From Candidatus Omnitrophota bacterium (lineage in GTDB: Bacteria > Omnitrophota > Omnitrophia > Omnitrophales > Aquincolibacteriaceae): a stretch of DNA of 64,000 nt. Made by a program: the position numbers and the translations under genes. This document shows, piece by piece, positions 38,416 through 48,034 of this stretch. The first letter of the stretch is position 1. Each line of letters begins with the position of its first letter. The notes beneath the pieces are model-generated. The model saw only the letters and a list, made by a program, of their open reading frames with translations. It was not told where the DNA came from and searched no databases. Where the stretch lies: NCBI GenBank assembly GCA_035352955.1, contig DAOPYQ010000004.1, positions 99,903 to 163,902 of the forward strand, given 5' to 3'.

Positions 38416-38714
38416 AATATTTCTCGAAAACCTTCGTCTTGCTCGCGGGCGGCTTTTTTGCGCTCCGCCTTCAAACACTGATGGCAGAACTTCTTGTAAA
38501 GATCCTCGACCTTGGCCCGGGCCCACGGCGTCTTCCGAAGGAAGGTCAGGCTCGACTTGACGCTCGGATCAAAATGAAAGCACCGGATCCGGATCTGCTC
38601 CCCCATTTTTTTCCAGCCGTAGGCCTCCACGAGCCGGGTGAGGATCGTCTCGAGCGTGACACCGTGCAACGGATCTTTCGGATGTTGCGCAGGCATCCCA
38701 TCCTTAGTCTGCAT
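38412..38714 (-). CDS. DUF2132 (VF530-like) small protein
   Basis: 100 aa with [24 protein letters not shown]…[16 protein letters not shown], a conserved DUF2132 pattern. Confidence 0.55.
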   Translation of the reverse strand: MQTKDGMPAQHPKDPLHGVTLETILTRLVEAYGWKKMGEQIRIRCFHFDPSVKSSLTFLRKTPWARAKVEDLYKKFCHQCLKAERKKAAREQDEGFREIL

Positions 38715-39465
38715 TCGTCTCTCTCGTCTGGTTCAATAACAGATCAAAACAAGGCGGAATGGCCGAGGTAAGCTTCACGGCCTCGCCAGTCACGGGATGC
38801 CGGAATTCGAGTCGCGATGCATGTAGCAAAAGCCGCTCCGCCCGAACCACCGGCCGCATTTCTTCCCGCCAGCCTTCCTGAATATACCGCTCAAAGATCC
38901 GCGGGTCGATGTAGATCTTATCACCCGCAATGGGATGCCCCAAAAAAGCCAGGTGGGCGCGGATCTGGTGCGTGCGCCCGGTGTAAGGAACGATCTTAAG
39001 AAGCGAATAATCGCCGGCGCTTTCCAGGACCTGATAGTCCGTCCGCGCCGTTTCCCCCGCGGCATCCGGCGTCCGGATGTTGTGCCCGCTCGCAACATCG
39101 GTCCCAAGCGGCGTCGTGATCGTTCCTTGCTTCTGTTCCGGCGTTCCGATCACGATCGCATGATATTCCTTCAGGACTTCGCGCCGCTCAAAAAGAATGC
39201 CGAGCTTGCCCGCCATCAAGCTCGACCGGGAGACCAGCACGAGCCCGCTCGTTTCGGAATCAAGCCGGTTCACGATCTGAAAACCTTCCGGCCCCGGGCG
39301 AAGATCTTTTTTTAGAAGGCTGAGAAGATTTTTCTCCTTGAATCTCCCGACCGGATGGACCGGAAGCGGCGCCGGTTTCTCGACCGCAAGAAAGAAACCG
39401 TCCTCATAAAGGATCCTGTAGCCTGTCTCGACGTAAAGATCTGCTTCGGTCCGCAAAGGCCTCAC
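38704..39465 (-). CDS. RluA-family pseudouridine synthase (RluA/TruC type, no S4 domain)
   Basis: Catalytic motif [15 protein letters not shown] and a C-terminal [10 protein letters not shown]. Confidence 0.8.
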   Translation of the reverse strand: MRPLRTEADLYVETGYRILYEDGFFLAVEKPAPLPVHPVGRFKEKNLLSLLKKDLRPGPEGFQIVNRLDSETSGLVLVSRSSLMAGKLGILFERREVLKEYHAIVIGTPEQKQGTITTPLGTDVASGHNIRTPDAAGETARTDYQVLESAGDYSLLKIVPYTGRTHQIRAHLAFLGHPIAGDKIYIDPRIFERYIQEGWREEMRPVVRAERLLLHASRLEFRHPVTGEAVKLTSAIPPCFDLLLNQTRETNAD

Positions 39466-39468
39466 CTG

Positions 39469-42400
39469 TCACCCTTCCGCGGGAACGGGCGCGGTCGCCA
39501 TGCGCTCATTCGAATAATCGAGGATCTTGTGCTGGAGATCGCAGATCTTCTTTTCGAGTCCGTCAAAAAATGCTTCGGTCTTTTCCGCAGGGAACGGAAG
39601 GGTGACCGCTTTCTGATTCTTCAGATAATAAAGGATCCCCGAGCGGACAGGCAATTTCAGGATCTTCTGCGCCGCAAGCGCGTAGATCTCGAGCTGGAGA
39701 TCGTAGCTGCTTTTTTTCGCGGCCGCCTCGTCACCGGTCGCGGTCTTGTAATCGAGGATGTGCCATTCTCCCTGTTCGTCCTCGAAAAGTACGTCGAGCT
39801 TTCCGTAGATAAGACCGTGACGGCCGTTCAGGACAAAATCGGTCTCGCGTTCGATCCGTCTGGCTTTCTGCAATTGTTTGAACACCGGACTCTGGATAAA
39901 ACCTTTGACGAGCTCGCGCGCCCCGGCAACGGATTCTTTTCCAAAATGGCCGAAGAGTCTTTCCAGGGATCCGGATTCCAGGCAAAGCTCCGGTTGTTTG
40001 AGATCGAGGTGTTCAAAGAACGTATGCATCGCCGTCCCGAAATCGGCCGCGCGAACCTCCTCGCCCTTCCAGTCGGGATCTTTCCCCGCCCATTCGTTCT
40101 CGACAGCCGGCCCGATCCCTGTCACCTTTTCCTGATCCTCCGGAACAAAGACCGTCCATCCGATCTGATACCGCCGCCAAAACTCGCCGGGATCTTTCCG
40201 GAAAAGCACGAACGCGGACACCGGAAGGTCGATCGTCCGCGGCTGCGCCCGTTCGCTTTTATCCCGGAGCCCGGGGAAAGTCCCCGCACCCCGCACGGCC
40301 TGCGCTTCGAACTTTTCGACAATGCGCGCGATCTTTTCTTTTTCAACCGCCGGCCTGCGCACCGGGATCCCGGAATCCTTATCCGCATCACAGGTGATCC
40401 GGACGCCGAGGCCTTCGGCAAGGGCCATCGCCCAGTCCATCCAGCTCGTCATCTCGGAAAAAAGTTCTTTTTCCTTTTTCTTTTTCGCGTAGACCCCGCT
40501 CAGGAAAAGGCGCGACTTCGCGCGGGTCACGGCGACGTAAAAAAGCCGTTTCCATTCTTCGTTTTCCCGTTTTTTGACGGCCCGATCGATCGCTTTGTAA
40601 AAATAAGGTTCTTCGGGTTCAAGATCTTTTTCGTTGCGGAAGCGCATGCTGAAACCCTCGGCGGCGTGCGCGATCACGGTCTTCGCTTCTCCATGCCGGC
40701 CCTGATGCCCCATGTCCGCGACGAACACCGCCCCGAACTCAAGCCCCTTCGCCGCGTGAACGCTCATCATCCGCACCGCTTGCGCGCCGTCCTCAAGGGC
40801 GATCTGCGCCTCGGACTCGCGAACGTCCCGGGCCCGCAACCGTTCGAGGATGTTCAAAAAAACCGCGAGAGGAACGCGTTCATAGGTTTCATATTCGCGA
40901 ACGATCGCAATAAGCTTTTTGAGATTGGCAAAACGGCGAACCCCCGACGGTCCGGCCAGCGCCGAAAGCTCATATCCCGTGCGTTCAAGGATCCGGTCGA
41001 TCAGCTCCGCGAGGGAAACACGGTCTTTGAGGCCCCGGAGCTCGGCGGCCACGGCCGTAAATGCCCGCAGTTGCCGTTTCTGTTCTTCCGCGATCTCCGA
41101 GATCCCGTCCGCGCGTTTCACGGCCTCATAGAGCGGCGCCGCGTCGTTATTATTTTTTTTCGCGTCCCGCGACAGCCAGAAAAGCGTGTCATCCGTAACA
41201 TGGAAGAACGGCGACCGGAGCACCGCCGCCAGGGGAATATCGGAAAGCGGCTTTTCAAGATGCGTCAGAAAACTCATCATGTCCTGGATCTCGGGCTGTT
41301 CATAAAACCCGCGACCCGCCACGATAAAATAAGGAACGCCGGCCGTTTTCAATGCGTCCTCATAAATCCCGCTCACCGTCATGGCCTGAAAAAGTATCGC
41401 CATCTCGCCGTACGGAACGCCCTTTTCATGGAGCTCCCCGATCCGCAGGGCGATCGCCCGCGCCTCCCGCATCCGCGCGTGCTCTTTTTCCTCGTCCCCT
41501 TCGACCTCGGTGACAAGCAGCTCGACGGCCGGCGCTTCGCTCTCCTGTTTCTTCTTCGCGGCAAGAGGCTCGAACGAAAACCCGTCTTCATCCCACAACG
41601 CCGCGAAAAAACCGTTCACGAAATCCACCACAAGCGGCTCACTGCGGAAACTTTCCGCCAGGAAAATACGTTCGCCCGCTTCCCCGTCCGCGTAAAACGC
41701 TTCCTTTTCCAGGAAAAGGCGCGGTTCAGCGCCCCGGAAACCGTAAATGGATTGTTTGTAGTCGCCGACCATAAACAGGTTGTCGCCGGACGACAGGAGT
41801 TCGGCAAAACGCATTTGGAGAAAATTCGTGTCCTGGAACTCGTCGATCAGGATATATTTGAACTGCTTTTGATAACGCTCGCGCAGCTTCGCCAGAACGG
41901 ACCCGGTCCCGGCAAAAAGCCCCACGGCCATCCTCTGAAGGTCGTCGAAATCCAGCAGTCCTTTTTCTTTTTTCTTCGCGTCGTAAGCCTCTTCAAAAAG
42001 AAGCGCCAGGGTCTCGAGTTTCTTCTGCCAGGGAACGGCCAGCGGCCCGATCCGAAGTGCGGCAAGATCCTCGAGAAGTCCGCGCCATTCTTTCCAGCCT
42101 TCCTTGCGCTTCCCCTTATAAAGCGAGCTCCACTCCCAAAAATCCGAAAGCGTCTCCCAATCCCATGTTTTGTTCCTGAAAAACCGCTCCCATGCGCCGG
42201 CGTCGATCTCCGGAAGTTTTTCAATAAGCGCCGGAGCTTCGCCCGCAAGTTCTTTTTCCCTCCGGGCGGACACCGCCTCGCGCTGGGTGTCATTTTCTTC
42301 GAAAAATTCCCGCAGGAGCTTGCCTTCGTGGCGCGCGGCAGTGAAGACCTTTAAAATACCGGCCCGGGCGGAGTCTTCGCCGTAAGCCGCAAGAAGTTCG

Positions 42401-42828
42401 AACGCATCATTTTTTGTTTCGTAAACTTTTTCGATCGTCGCCTGGAGCGCCTCTTCCTTGAGAAGTTCCGACTGTTCGGACTCGAGCACCCGGAATTCCG
42501 GATCGACACCTGCCTCGACCGGATGCTCTTTCAGGAGCCGCGATGCGAAACCGTGGAACGTAGAAATAGCGGCCCGTTCAAGGTCGCGGCGCGGCCGCTC
42601 CATCCCGGCCTTCCGGAGTTCGACCGAAAGGCGTCCTTTGATCTCATTCGCGGCTTTTTCGGTGAACGTAAGGACCAGAAGTTCGGTGATCCGGGCCTTT
42701 TCTGTTTTCAGTAGATGCAGGATCCGCTCAACCAAAACACGCGTTTTCCCGGTTCCGGCTCCGGCTGAAACGAGAAGGTTCTTCCCAAGGGACTGAACCG
42801 CTTTTTCTTGAGCGCTGGTGAGTGTCAT
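39469..42828 (-). CDS. AddA-like ATP-dependent helicase/nuclease (UvrD/PcrA SF1 helicase with C-terminal RecB-family PD-(D/E)xK nuclease)
   Basis: 1119 aa. Walker A motif AGAGTGKT. The C-terminus has the RecB-nuclease motifs GKLDVLFEDE…ILDYKTA…QLEIYALA. Confidence 0.8.
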   Translation of the reverse strand: MTLTSAQEKAVQSLGKNLLVSAGAGTGKTRVLVERILHLLKTEKARITELLVLTFTEKAANEIKGRLSVELRKAGMERPRRDLERAAISTFHGFASRLLKEHPVEAGVDPEFRVLESEQSELLKEEALQATIEKVYETKNDAFELLAAYGEDSARAGILKVFTAARHEGKLLREFFEENDTQREAVSARREKELAGEAPALIEKLPEIDAGAWERFFRNKTWDWETLSDFWEWSSLYKGKRKEGWKEWRGLLEDLAALRIGPLAVPWQKKLETLALLFEEAYDAKKKEKGLLDFDDLQRMAVGLFAGTGSVLAKLRERYQKQFKYILIDEFQDTNFLQMRFAELLSSGDNLFMVGDYKQSIYGFRGAEPRLFLEKEAFYADGEAGERIFLAESFRSEPLVVDFVNGFFAALWDEDGFSFEPLAAKKKQESEAPAVELLVTEVEGDEEKEHARMREARAIALRIGELHEKGVPYGEMAILFQAMTVSGIYEDALKTAGVPYFIVAGRGFYEQPEIQDMMSFLTHLEKPLSDIPLAAVLRSPFFHVTDDTLFWLSRDAKKNNNDAAPLYEAVKRADGISEIAEEQKRQLRAFTAVAAELRGLKDRVSLAELIDRILERTGYELSALAGPSGVRRFANLKKLIAIVREYETYERVPLAVFLNILERLRARDVRESEAQIALEDGAQAVRMMSVHAAKGLEFGAVFVADMGHQGRHGEAKTVIAHAAEGFSMRFRNEKDLEPEEPYFYKAIDRAVKKRENEEWKRLFYVAVTRAKSRLFLSGVYAKKKKEKELFSEMTSWMDWAMALAEGLGVRITCDADKDSGIPVRRPAVEKEKIARIVEKFEAQAVRGAGTFPGLRDKSERAQPRTIDLPVSAFVLFRKDPGEFWRRYQIGWTVFVPEDQEKVTGIGPAVENEWAGKDPDWKGEEVRAADFGTAMHTFFEHLDLKQPELCLESGSLERLFGHFGKESVAGARELVKGFIQSPVFKQLQKARRIERETDFVLNGRHGLIYGKLDVLFEDEQGEWHILDYKTATGDEAAAKKSSYDLQLEIYALAAQKILKLPVRSGILYYLKNQKAVTLPFPAEKTEAFFDGLEKKICDLQHKILDYSNERMATAPVPAEG

Positions 42829-42934
42829 AAATTGCTAGTTCTTGATTTCTTTTGATTTCATCTATTTTTTAAGAATTACACATCTAAAAATGCATTATAC
42901 AAAAAAAGCCTGGCGCTATGGCAAAAATGAAATT

Positions 42935-43393
42935 ATGCGTTATACTTTTGCCGTGGAAAATGAAAAGCGCGAATTTTTCAGGCACCCCATCAAGGTACCG
43001 ATCCAGCTGACGAAAGTCGCCGATGAAAGTTCCGCCGCCCTGAAGACCGAGGACCTGTCCCAAGGCGGTCTTTCTTTTTTCTGGCCGGAAAATCTCCCGG
43101 AAGGAATGCACCTTCAACTTTCGATCCCGGTGGAGAAACAGCTTTTCAAGATGAGCGCGCATGTGGCCTACTGCAGAAAAGACACGGGCACCGGGCTTTT
43201 CAAAACGGGGGTCTGTTTTGAGGACGCCGCGAGCGCTTTCCGCGCAAAACTCGCCGAAGAGATCATCCAGATCCGTCAGTACTGCGAAAAGATGTCACTC
43301 CTCCGCGGCCGCTCGATCTCCGAACAGGAGGCCGCCGAAATGTGGATCGATAAGAACGCCCGGAATTTCGCAGGCCGGATGGGAGCGAATTAG
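42935..43393 (+). CDS. PilZ-domain c-di-GMP binding protein
   Basis: PilZ motifs RxxxR (REFFRHPIKVP) and D.S.GG (DLSQGGLSF). Start chosen at ATG 42935; the ORF opens at 42842. Confidence 0.65.
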   Translation: MRYTFAVENEKREFFRHPIKVPIQLTKVADESSAALKTEDLSQGGLSFFWPENLPEGMHLQLSIPVEKQLFKMSAHVAYCRKDTGTGLFKTGVCFEDAASAFRAKLAEEIIQIRQYCEKMSLLRGRSISEQEAAEMWIDKNARNFAGRMGAN

Positions 43394-43455
43394 ATCCCCT
43401 TCTCTAAAGTTCTCACGGACTTGCAGGCTCCGGCCCCGGTCAACGCTGTCCGGAA

Positions 43456-44202
43456 TTAGGAATGAGGAGTTTCCAGAGAGAAGATCAGTTCCCTGGAAGG
43501 TCTTGCGAGGTAGAATCCCTGTCCATAGCGGATCCCCATATTGCGGAGAAGATCAAGATCCTCTTTGTTCTCAACCCCTTCCGCCACCATTTCGGAACCA
43601 TTCATCCGACCGAGGTGGACCATCTCACGGACGATCTGCTGATTAAGCGGATTGTTAGCGATCCCGTGAATGAGCTGAAGGTCGATCTTGAAGAACTCCG
43701 GCTTCAAAGAAGCTAACTGCGTGATCTTGGAACCGATCTCTGCGATATCGTCGAGCGCAAAACGGTAGCCGAGAGAACGAATGAATTCGACACCCTTTTC
43801 GATAAATTCAAAATCTGATTTCTTGACGCCTTCCGTCAGCTCAAAAACCATCTTGTCCGAATGGACCCTCATGTTCCGGAGGAACTCTTCCCCCGCCTGA
43901 CCTCTCGAAAAAGCCTTTTCCAGCGTCAACGGTTCGATATTCAGGAACAGACATTGCCCCTTCGCGAGCTTCGGCAGGACCTTGATCGCGGCGTCAAGAC
44001 AGTGAATGTCAAAAGGAATGACCGTCCCTTTGGCGTAGGCGTTGCGGAACATCTCAACCGGAGTTTCTTTTTCGCTCCGAGCCAGCGCCTCATAAGCGAT
44101 CACATCCCAGGTCGCAATGTCGACGATGGGCTGATAGACCGAGTAAATATTTTCCTTGAACTCGGCGCGCTGTTTTTTAAAAAGATTGATCCTGAATTCC
44201 AT
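43456..44202 (-). CDS. standalone EAL-domain c-di-GMP phosphodiesterase
   Basis: 248 aa with the EAL signature YQPIVD…YEALAR and DDxxxG-type metal-binding residues (FALDDIAEIG, EGVE). Confidence 0.85.
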   Translation of the reverse strand: MEFRINLFKKQRAEFKENIYSVYQPIVDIATWDVIAYEALARSEKETPVEMFRNAYAKGTVIPFDIHCLDAAIKVLPKLAKGQCLFLNIEPLTLEKAFSRGQAGEEFLRNMRVHSDKMVFELTEGVKKSDFEFIEKGVEFIRSLGYRFALDDIAEIGSKITQLASLKPEFFKIDLQLIHGIANNPLNQQIVREMVHLGRMNGSEMVAEGVENKEDLDLLRNMGIRYGQGFYLARPSRELIFSLETPHS

Positions 44203-44338
44203 GAACCGGAGGTCCTTTACAAGTGGATAAAAAAGGGAATGCCGAAGTATACACGAAGCCCCCGCGAATTGCCAGCATCCGAGAGCTTTTTAAACAAAAC
44301 GCGTCCGGAACTGAGATTTTTCTTACTCCGAAAATTTC

Positions 44339-45241
44339 TCATTTCAAAATTGTCGCAAGCGCCTCCGGCAAATCCGGATACCGGAACGCATACCCCGCCC
44401 GGAGGAGTTTTTGAGGAACAACTTTCTGCCCCTCAAGGACCATGGCCGCCATTTCTCCCATCACAAACCGGAGCACGAAGCCGGGAACGGGCAACCACGA
44501 AGGCCGGCCGAGAACTTTTCCGAGCACCGAGCAGAATTCTTTCATGGGGACGCCCCCCGGAGCGGCAATGTTCACGGGCCCCGAAAGGTCGGAACGCTCC
44601 ATTAAAAAAAGCAACGCGCGGATCACATCTTCCCGGTGGACCCACGGCACCCCCTGCCGTCCCGAACCCAACGGCCCGCCCAAAAAGAACCGGAACGGCG
44701 CAAGCATTTTGGGAAGCATGCCTCCGCTTTTTTCGAGGACCGGCGCAAACCGGGCCAGGACAACGCGAACGCCCAACGAACCCGCTCTCAGAGCTTCCCG
44801 CTCCCATGCTTCGCACACATCCGCGAGAAACCCAACTCCGCGGCCGCGCTCTTCCGTCGCGGCGCCCTCCGGAACATTTCCGTAATATCCGACCGCAGAA
44901 GCATTGATCAGAAGCGAGGGCCTCCGGCGGGCCATTTCGATCGCGCGGACGATCGCGCGCGTGGCATCGATCCGGCTTGAAAGGATCTTTTCTTTTTGTT
45001 GCGGCGTCCAGAGTCGCGCGGCGATACTTTCGCCCGCAAGATCGATCACGGCATCGGCCCCGTCGAAAACATCAGCCCAACTTCCCACGGTCTTCCCGTC
45101 CCAGAACACAAGCTGTTCTCGTTCGCGCACAGATCCCGCTCCGCGCAAGGAAAGAACAACGAGAGAATGACCTTCGGCGAGCAACGTATCACGCAGCGGC
45201 GTCCCGATAAAACCCGTGGCTCCGGCAAGGATGATCTTCAT
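44339..45241 (-). CDS. TIGR01777/YfcH-family NAD-dependent epimerase/dehydratase (DUF1731 C-terminus)
   Basis: N-terminal MKIILAGATGFIG Rossmann motif. Confidence 0.7.
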   Translation of the reverse strand: MKIILAGATGFIGTPLRDTLLAEGHSLVVLSLRGAGSVREREQLVFWDGKTVGSWADVFDGADAVIDLAGESIAARLWTPQQKEKILSSRIDATRAIVRAIEMARRRPSLLINASAVGYYGNVPEGAATEERGRGVGFLADVCEAWEREALRAGSLGVRVVLARFAPVLEKSGGMLPKMLAPFRFFLGGPLGSGRQGVPWVHREDVIRALLFLMERSDLSGPVNIAAPGGVPMKEFCSVLGKVLGRPSWLPVPGFVLRFVMGEMAAMVLEGQKVVPQKLLRAGYAFRYPDLPEALATILK

Positions 45242-45247
45242 TTTCTC

Positions 45248-45309
45248 GCACAACGCTCAACGGTCAACGCAAAACGAGAGGACCCTTCGTTTCGCGTTGC
45301 GCGTTGTGC
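45248..45309. repeat. GC-rich palindromic intergenic element (core GCACAACGC … GCGTTGTGC) with a nested hairpin
   Basis: Left arm GCACAACGCTCAACGGTCAACGC. The inner hairpin is AAACGA-GAGGACCCT-TCGTTT. Right arm GCGTTGCGCGTTGTGC. The same core recurs at 62966-63034. Confidence 0.45.
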
Positions 45310-45363
45310 CCGCCTCGCCGGCAACCGGGCGTTGCTTCTTGAAAAACGATCCATAAAAGATCT

Positions 45364-45849
45364 CTAGTAAGTTTGTTTATTTTTCTGACGATCCCAGGCG
45401 TTGAGAAGATCGAGGCATTCTTTCTTCATGAACCCGGGACGGATATCGACCCGGCTTTTACCGCAACGTTTCATCGTGGCGCTCGGGATCGAAAGCTCGT
45501 TGAACCCGCGCCGCTGAACATCGGGGATAGCGGTCCCGAAAACAACCCGGGAGATCCGCGCCCAATGGATCGCGGAAAAACACATCGGACAAGGCTCGGT
45601 CGTCGAATAGATCACGCAGCCGGAAAGATCGAACGTCCCCAGCTTCCGCGATGCCCTACGGATCGCGTTAATCTCGGCGTGGCACGTCGCGTCTTTAGTT
45701 TTCAGCACGGTATTGTGCGCAACGGCGATCACTTTCCCCTTCCGCACGAGACAAGCACCAAACGGCCCCCCGTCGAAACGCTTGATCCCCCGGGATGCCG
45801 ATCGGATCGCACGATCCATCCATCTTTTTTGAGATTTGAAATCTTTCAT
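45364..45849 (-). CDS. CMP/dCMP-type zinc deaminase (TadA/guanine-deaminase-like)
   Basis: Zinc-binding motifs HAEINAI and PCPMC. Confidence 0.8.
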   Translation of the reverse strand: MKDFKSQKRWMDRAIRSASRGIKRFDGGPFGACLVRKGKVIAVAHNTVLKTKDATCHAEINAIRRASRKLGTFDLSGCVIYSTTEPCPMCFSAIHWARISRVVFGTAIPDVQRRGFNELSIPSATMKRCGKSRVDIRPGFMKKECLDLLNAWDRQKNKQTY

Positions 45850-46838
45850 GAAACCCTCTTCTGCAGTACGCCAAGCACGACATCATGAAAACGCCCGTTC
45901 GTCGCCAAAAAACCCGGACTCCGCGTCAGGATCTTCCCCGCACCGTAATCGATCGGATCCCCGAGGAGGTCCGTCACTCGCCCCCCCGCTTCCTCGATCG
46001 CAAAAGCTCCGGGCGCGACATCCCATATTTTTTCCCGGAACTCCGGATTACGTTGCGGCAATGTTCTAAAGAATATCTCCGCGCCGCCGGAAGCAAGCAC
46101 CACATGCTTGGCTTGGCTGTCCAACGGAACCGGCTCCGGAACGATCCCGAGCGCTTCGCGAAGTTTCCGGCTCTTTTCAATATTCTGGTGACGCAACTCG
46201 AATGAATCGAGAATGCGCGCCCGGGCAATGTCTTCACAGCCGGAAACCCTGACCGGGACCCAGCGTCGTTCGTCATCGATCGAAGCTCCCCAGCAGCCTT
46301 GCCCCCGCGCGGCCAGAACCATCAGTCCGGTGGTCCCGCCCAAAGTCTTCGGGGTTTCCAGCTCCGGGCAAGCAAGCGCTGCCAATTCCACTTTGCCGTC
46401 GCGGATAAGCGCCAGAGCGATCGCGTATTGCCCTCCCCTCAGAAATCCTTTCGTACCGTCGATCGGATCAAGCGTCCAGAATGAATCTCCCGCCGGCCCC
46501 TGCCCGCGATCGATCCATTCGCAAACCCGCGACGGATTCGCCCTCGGGAAAAAAGCATGCACATAGCTCGCGATCTTGTCGAGATCCTCTTCGCCTTTCC
46601 GGCTCCGGAGGTAGGTGGAACTTTCTTCCGCAACCATGATACTTTTCGGGAAATAGTGCTCCAATAGCGCCCCGGCTACGGCTTGGATCCCCATGTCGGC
46701 GAGCGTGACCGGAGAATCGTCCTGTTTGATAATGGTTTTGACGGAAGATTCAGCCCGCACGCGGCGGGCCAATTCACTTCCGAACTGGACCGTATCGATC
46801 GCAAACTGGACTTCGGGCCTTCTGAGATCAATTTCCAA
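45846..46838 (-). CDS. 3'(2'),5'-bisphosphate nucleotidase / inositol-monophosphatase family (HAL2/CysQ-like)
   Basis: IMPase-family motifs WTLDPIDGTKGF and WDVAPGA. The ORF extends to 46913, which would overlap the REC gene by 86 nt. A TTG at 46838 preceded by GGAGG is a more plausible start. Confidence 0.7.
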   Translation of the reverse strand: MEIDLRRPEVQFAIDTVQFGSELARRVRAESSVKTIIKQDDSPVTLADMGIQAVAGALLEHYFPKSIMVAEESSTYLRSRKGEEDLDKIASYVHAFFPRANPSRVCEWIDRGQGPAGDSFWTLDPIDGTKGFLRGGQYAIALALIRDGKVELAALACPELETPKTLGGTTGLMVLAARGQGCWGASIDDERRWVPVRVSGCEDIARARILDSFELRHQNIEKSRKLREALGIVPEPVPLDSQAKHVVLASGGAEIFFRTLPQRNPEFREKIWDVAPGAFAIEEAGGRVTDLLGDPIDYGAGKILTRSPGFLATNGRFHDVVLGVLQKRVS

Positions 46839-47226
46839 GCTCGAAGAACCTCCGGACGCGAAGGACGAGATCTTCCCCGCTAATGGGTTTCGGAATGAAC
46901 GGGTTTTTCGCACCCTTGGAACTCCGGGCGGCCTCTCCCGGCGTCATTAAGGAAGTCATAAAGATGACGGGAGTCGAGGAAAGCTCGGAATCCGCACGCA
47001 AGAGGGCGGCAACCTCCCCGCCGTCGGTATGAGGCATCATGACATCAAGAAGAACAAGGTCCGGGCGCCATCCCCGGACAAATTCCATCGCCCGCGTGCT
47101 ATCATTACAGATCCCGACCCGATACAGCCCTGATTTATCCAGAAACATCTTGGCCATTTCAGAAAAGTCGACATCATCATCAATGAGGAGAATGGTTTTT
47201 TGATTCTCCGTGATTTTTTTCTCCAT
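46828..47226 (-). CDS. standalone response-regulator receiver (CheY-like REC) protein
   Basis: 132 aa with the acidic pocket LLIDDD, the phospho-acceptor LLDVMMP and a conserved K (PKP). Confidence 0.8.
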   Translation of the reverse strand: MEKKITENQKTILLIDDDVDFSEMAKMFLDKSGLYRVGICNDSTRAMEFVRGWRPDLVLLDVMMPHTDGGEVAALLRADSELSSTPVIFMTSLMTPGEAARSSKGAKNPFIPKPISGEDLVLRVRRFFELGN

Positions 47227-47311
47227 AACCCCTCCGGTGACGGCAGTTTCTTTCTATAAACCGTTATATTTTATCACCCTTTTACCGATATAATACCTAT
47301 CAAAATAAGGG

Positions 47312-48034
47312 GTGACTCAACCAATGTTCCTTTTTCTCAAGCTTGTTCTGGCGCATCTGATCGCAGACTTCATCCTCCAGTTCGAAGAACTCTACCAGCT
47401 AAAAGTCCGGAGCCTCTGGGGACATATCCTCCACGTTGTGATCCACGGCATCGTTTCGATCGTGATGGTCTACCCGTACCTTGACCAGCTTTTCATGGGA
47501 TGCTTCCTGGGAGGCCTCGTCCTGCTGCACCTCCTCCAGGATTTTGTGAAGTACACTCTCACGAAAAAGATCCCGAAAAACACTTTCCTTTATTTTATCG
47601 GCGATCAGTTCGTTCACCTGATCGTCATCAGCACTATCCTTCTCTTCCCCATCAGCAACGAAATCCGCGGATTTCCCGTAGCAGGCATCCTGAACAGGGT
47701 CTATCTCGACTACCCTCTGACGTTGTTCTTTATTTTTTCCATCCTTCTGACGTTCGCCGGCAACTACACGTTCCACGCTTTTTACAAAAGCTACGTTGAA
47801 AACAGCCGCCCTCTTTGCTGGATCACTTCACCGGAGATTGCTTACGCCATTCTTGAACGGGGTGTCATTGCATCAGCCGTGATCTTCGCCGCGAAACCCC
47901 ACTGGGTTTTCGTTTCCCTGCTGATCGGGGTCCTACGTCTTCCCTTTCCCAACCTGCGAAATCTGCGGGATTTCCTTTTAAGCGCCATGTACACCGTCGC
48001 TCTGAGCGACATTTTCCTCCTGCTGCTCCCATGA
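47312..48034 (+). CDS. polytopic membrane protein (DUF3307-like)
   Basis: 240 aa with ~7 TM segments. An AAGGGGTGA SD lies 8 nt upstream. Confidence 0.5.
   Translation: MTQPMFLFLKLVLAHLIADFILQFEELYQLKVRSLWGHILHVVIHGIVSIVMVYPYLDQLFMGCFLGGLVLLHLLQDFVKYTLTKKIPKNTFLYFIGDQFVHLIVISTILLFPISNEIRGFPVAGILNRVYLDYPLTLFFIFSILLTFAGNYTFHAFYKSYVENSRPLCWITSPEIAYAILERGVIASAVIFAAKPHWVFVSLLIGVLRLPFPNLRNLRDFLLSAMYTVALSDIFLLLLP

Noticed and set aside
39355-42354. 999-aa plus-strand ORF
   Set aside because: It is completely antisense to the AddA-like helicase-nuclease gene. The translation is extremely Arg/Pro/Phe-rich with no Walker or other motifs, whereas the minus-strand frame has clear UvrD and RecB-nuclease motifs.
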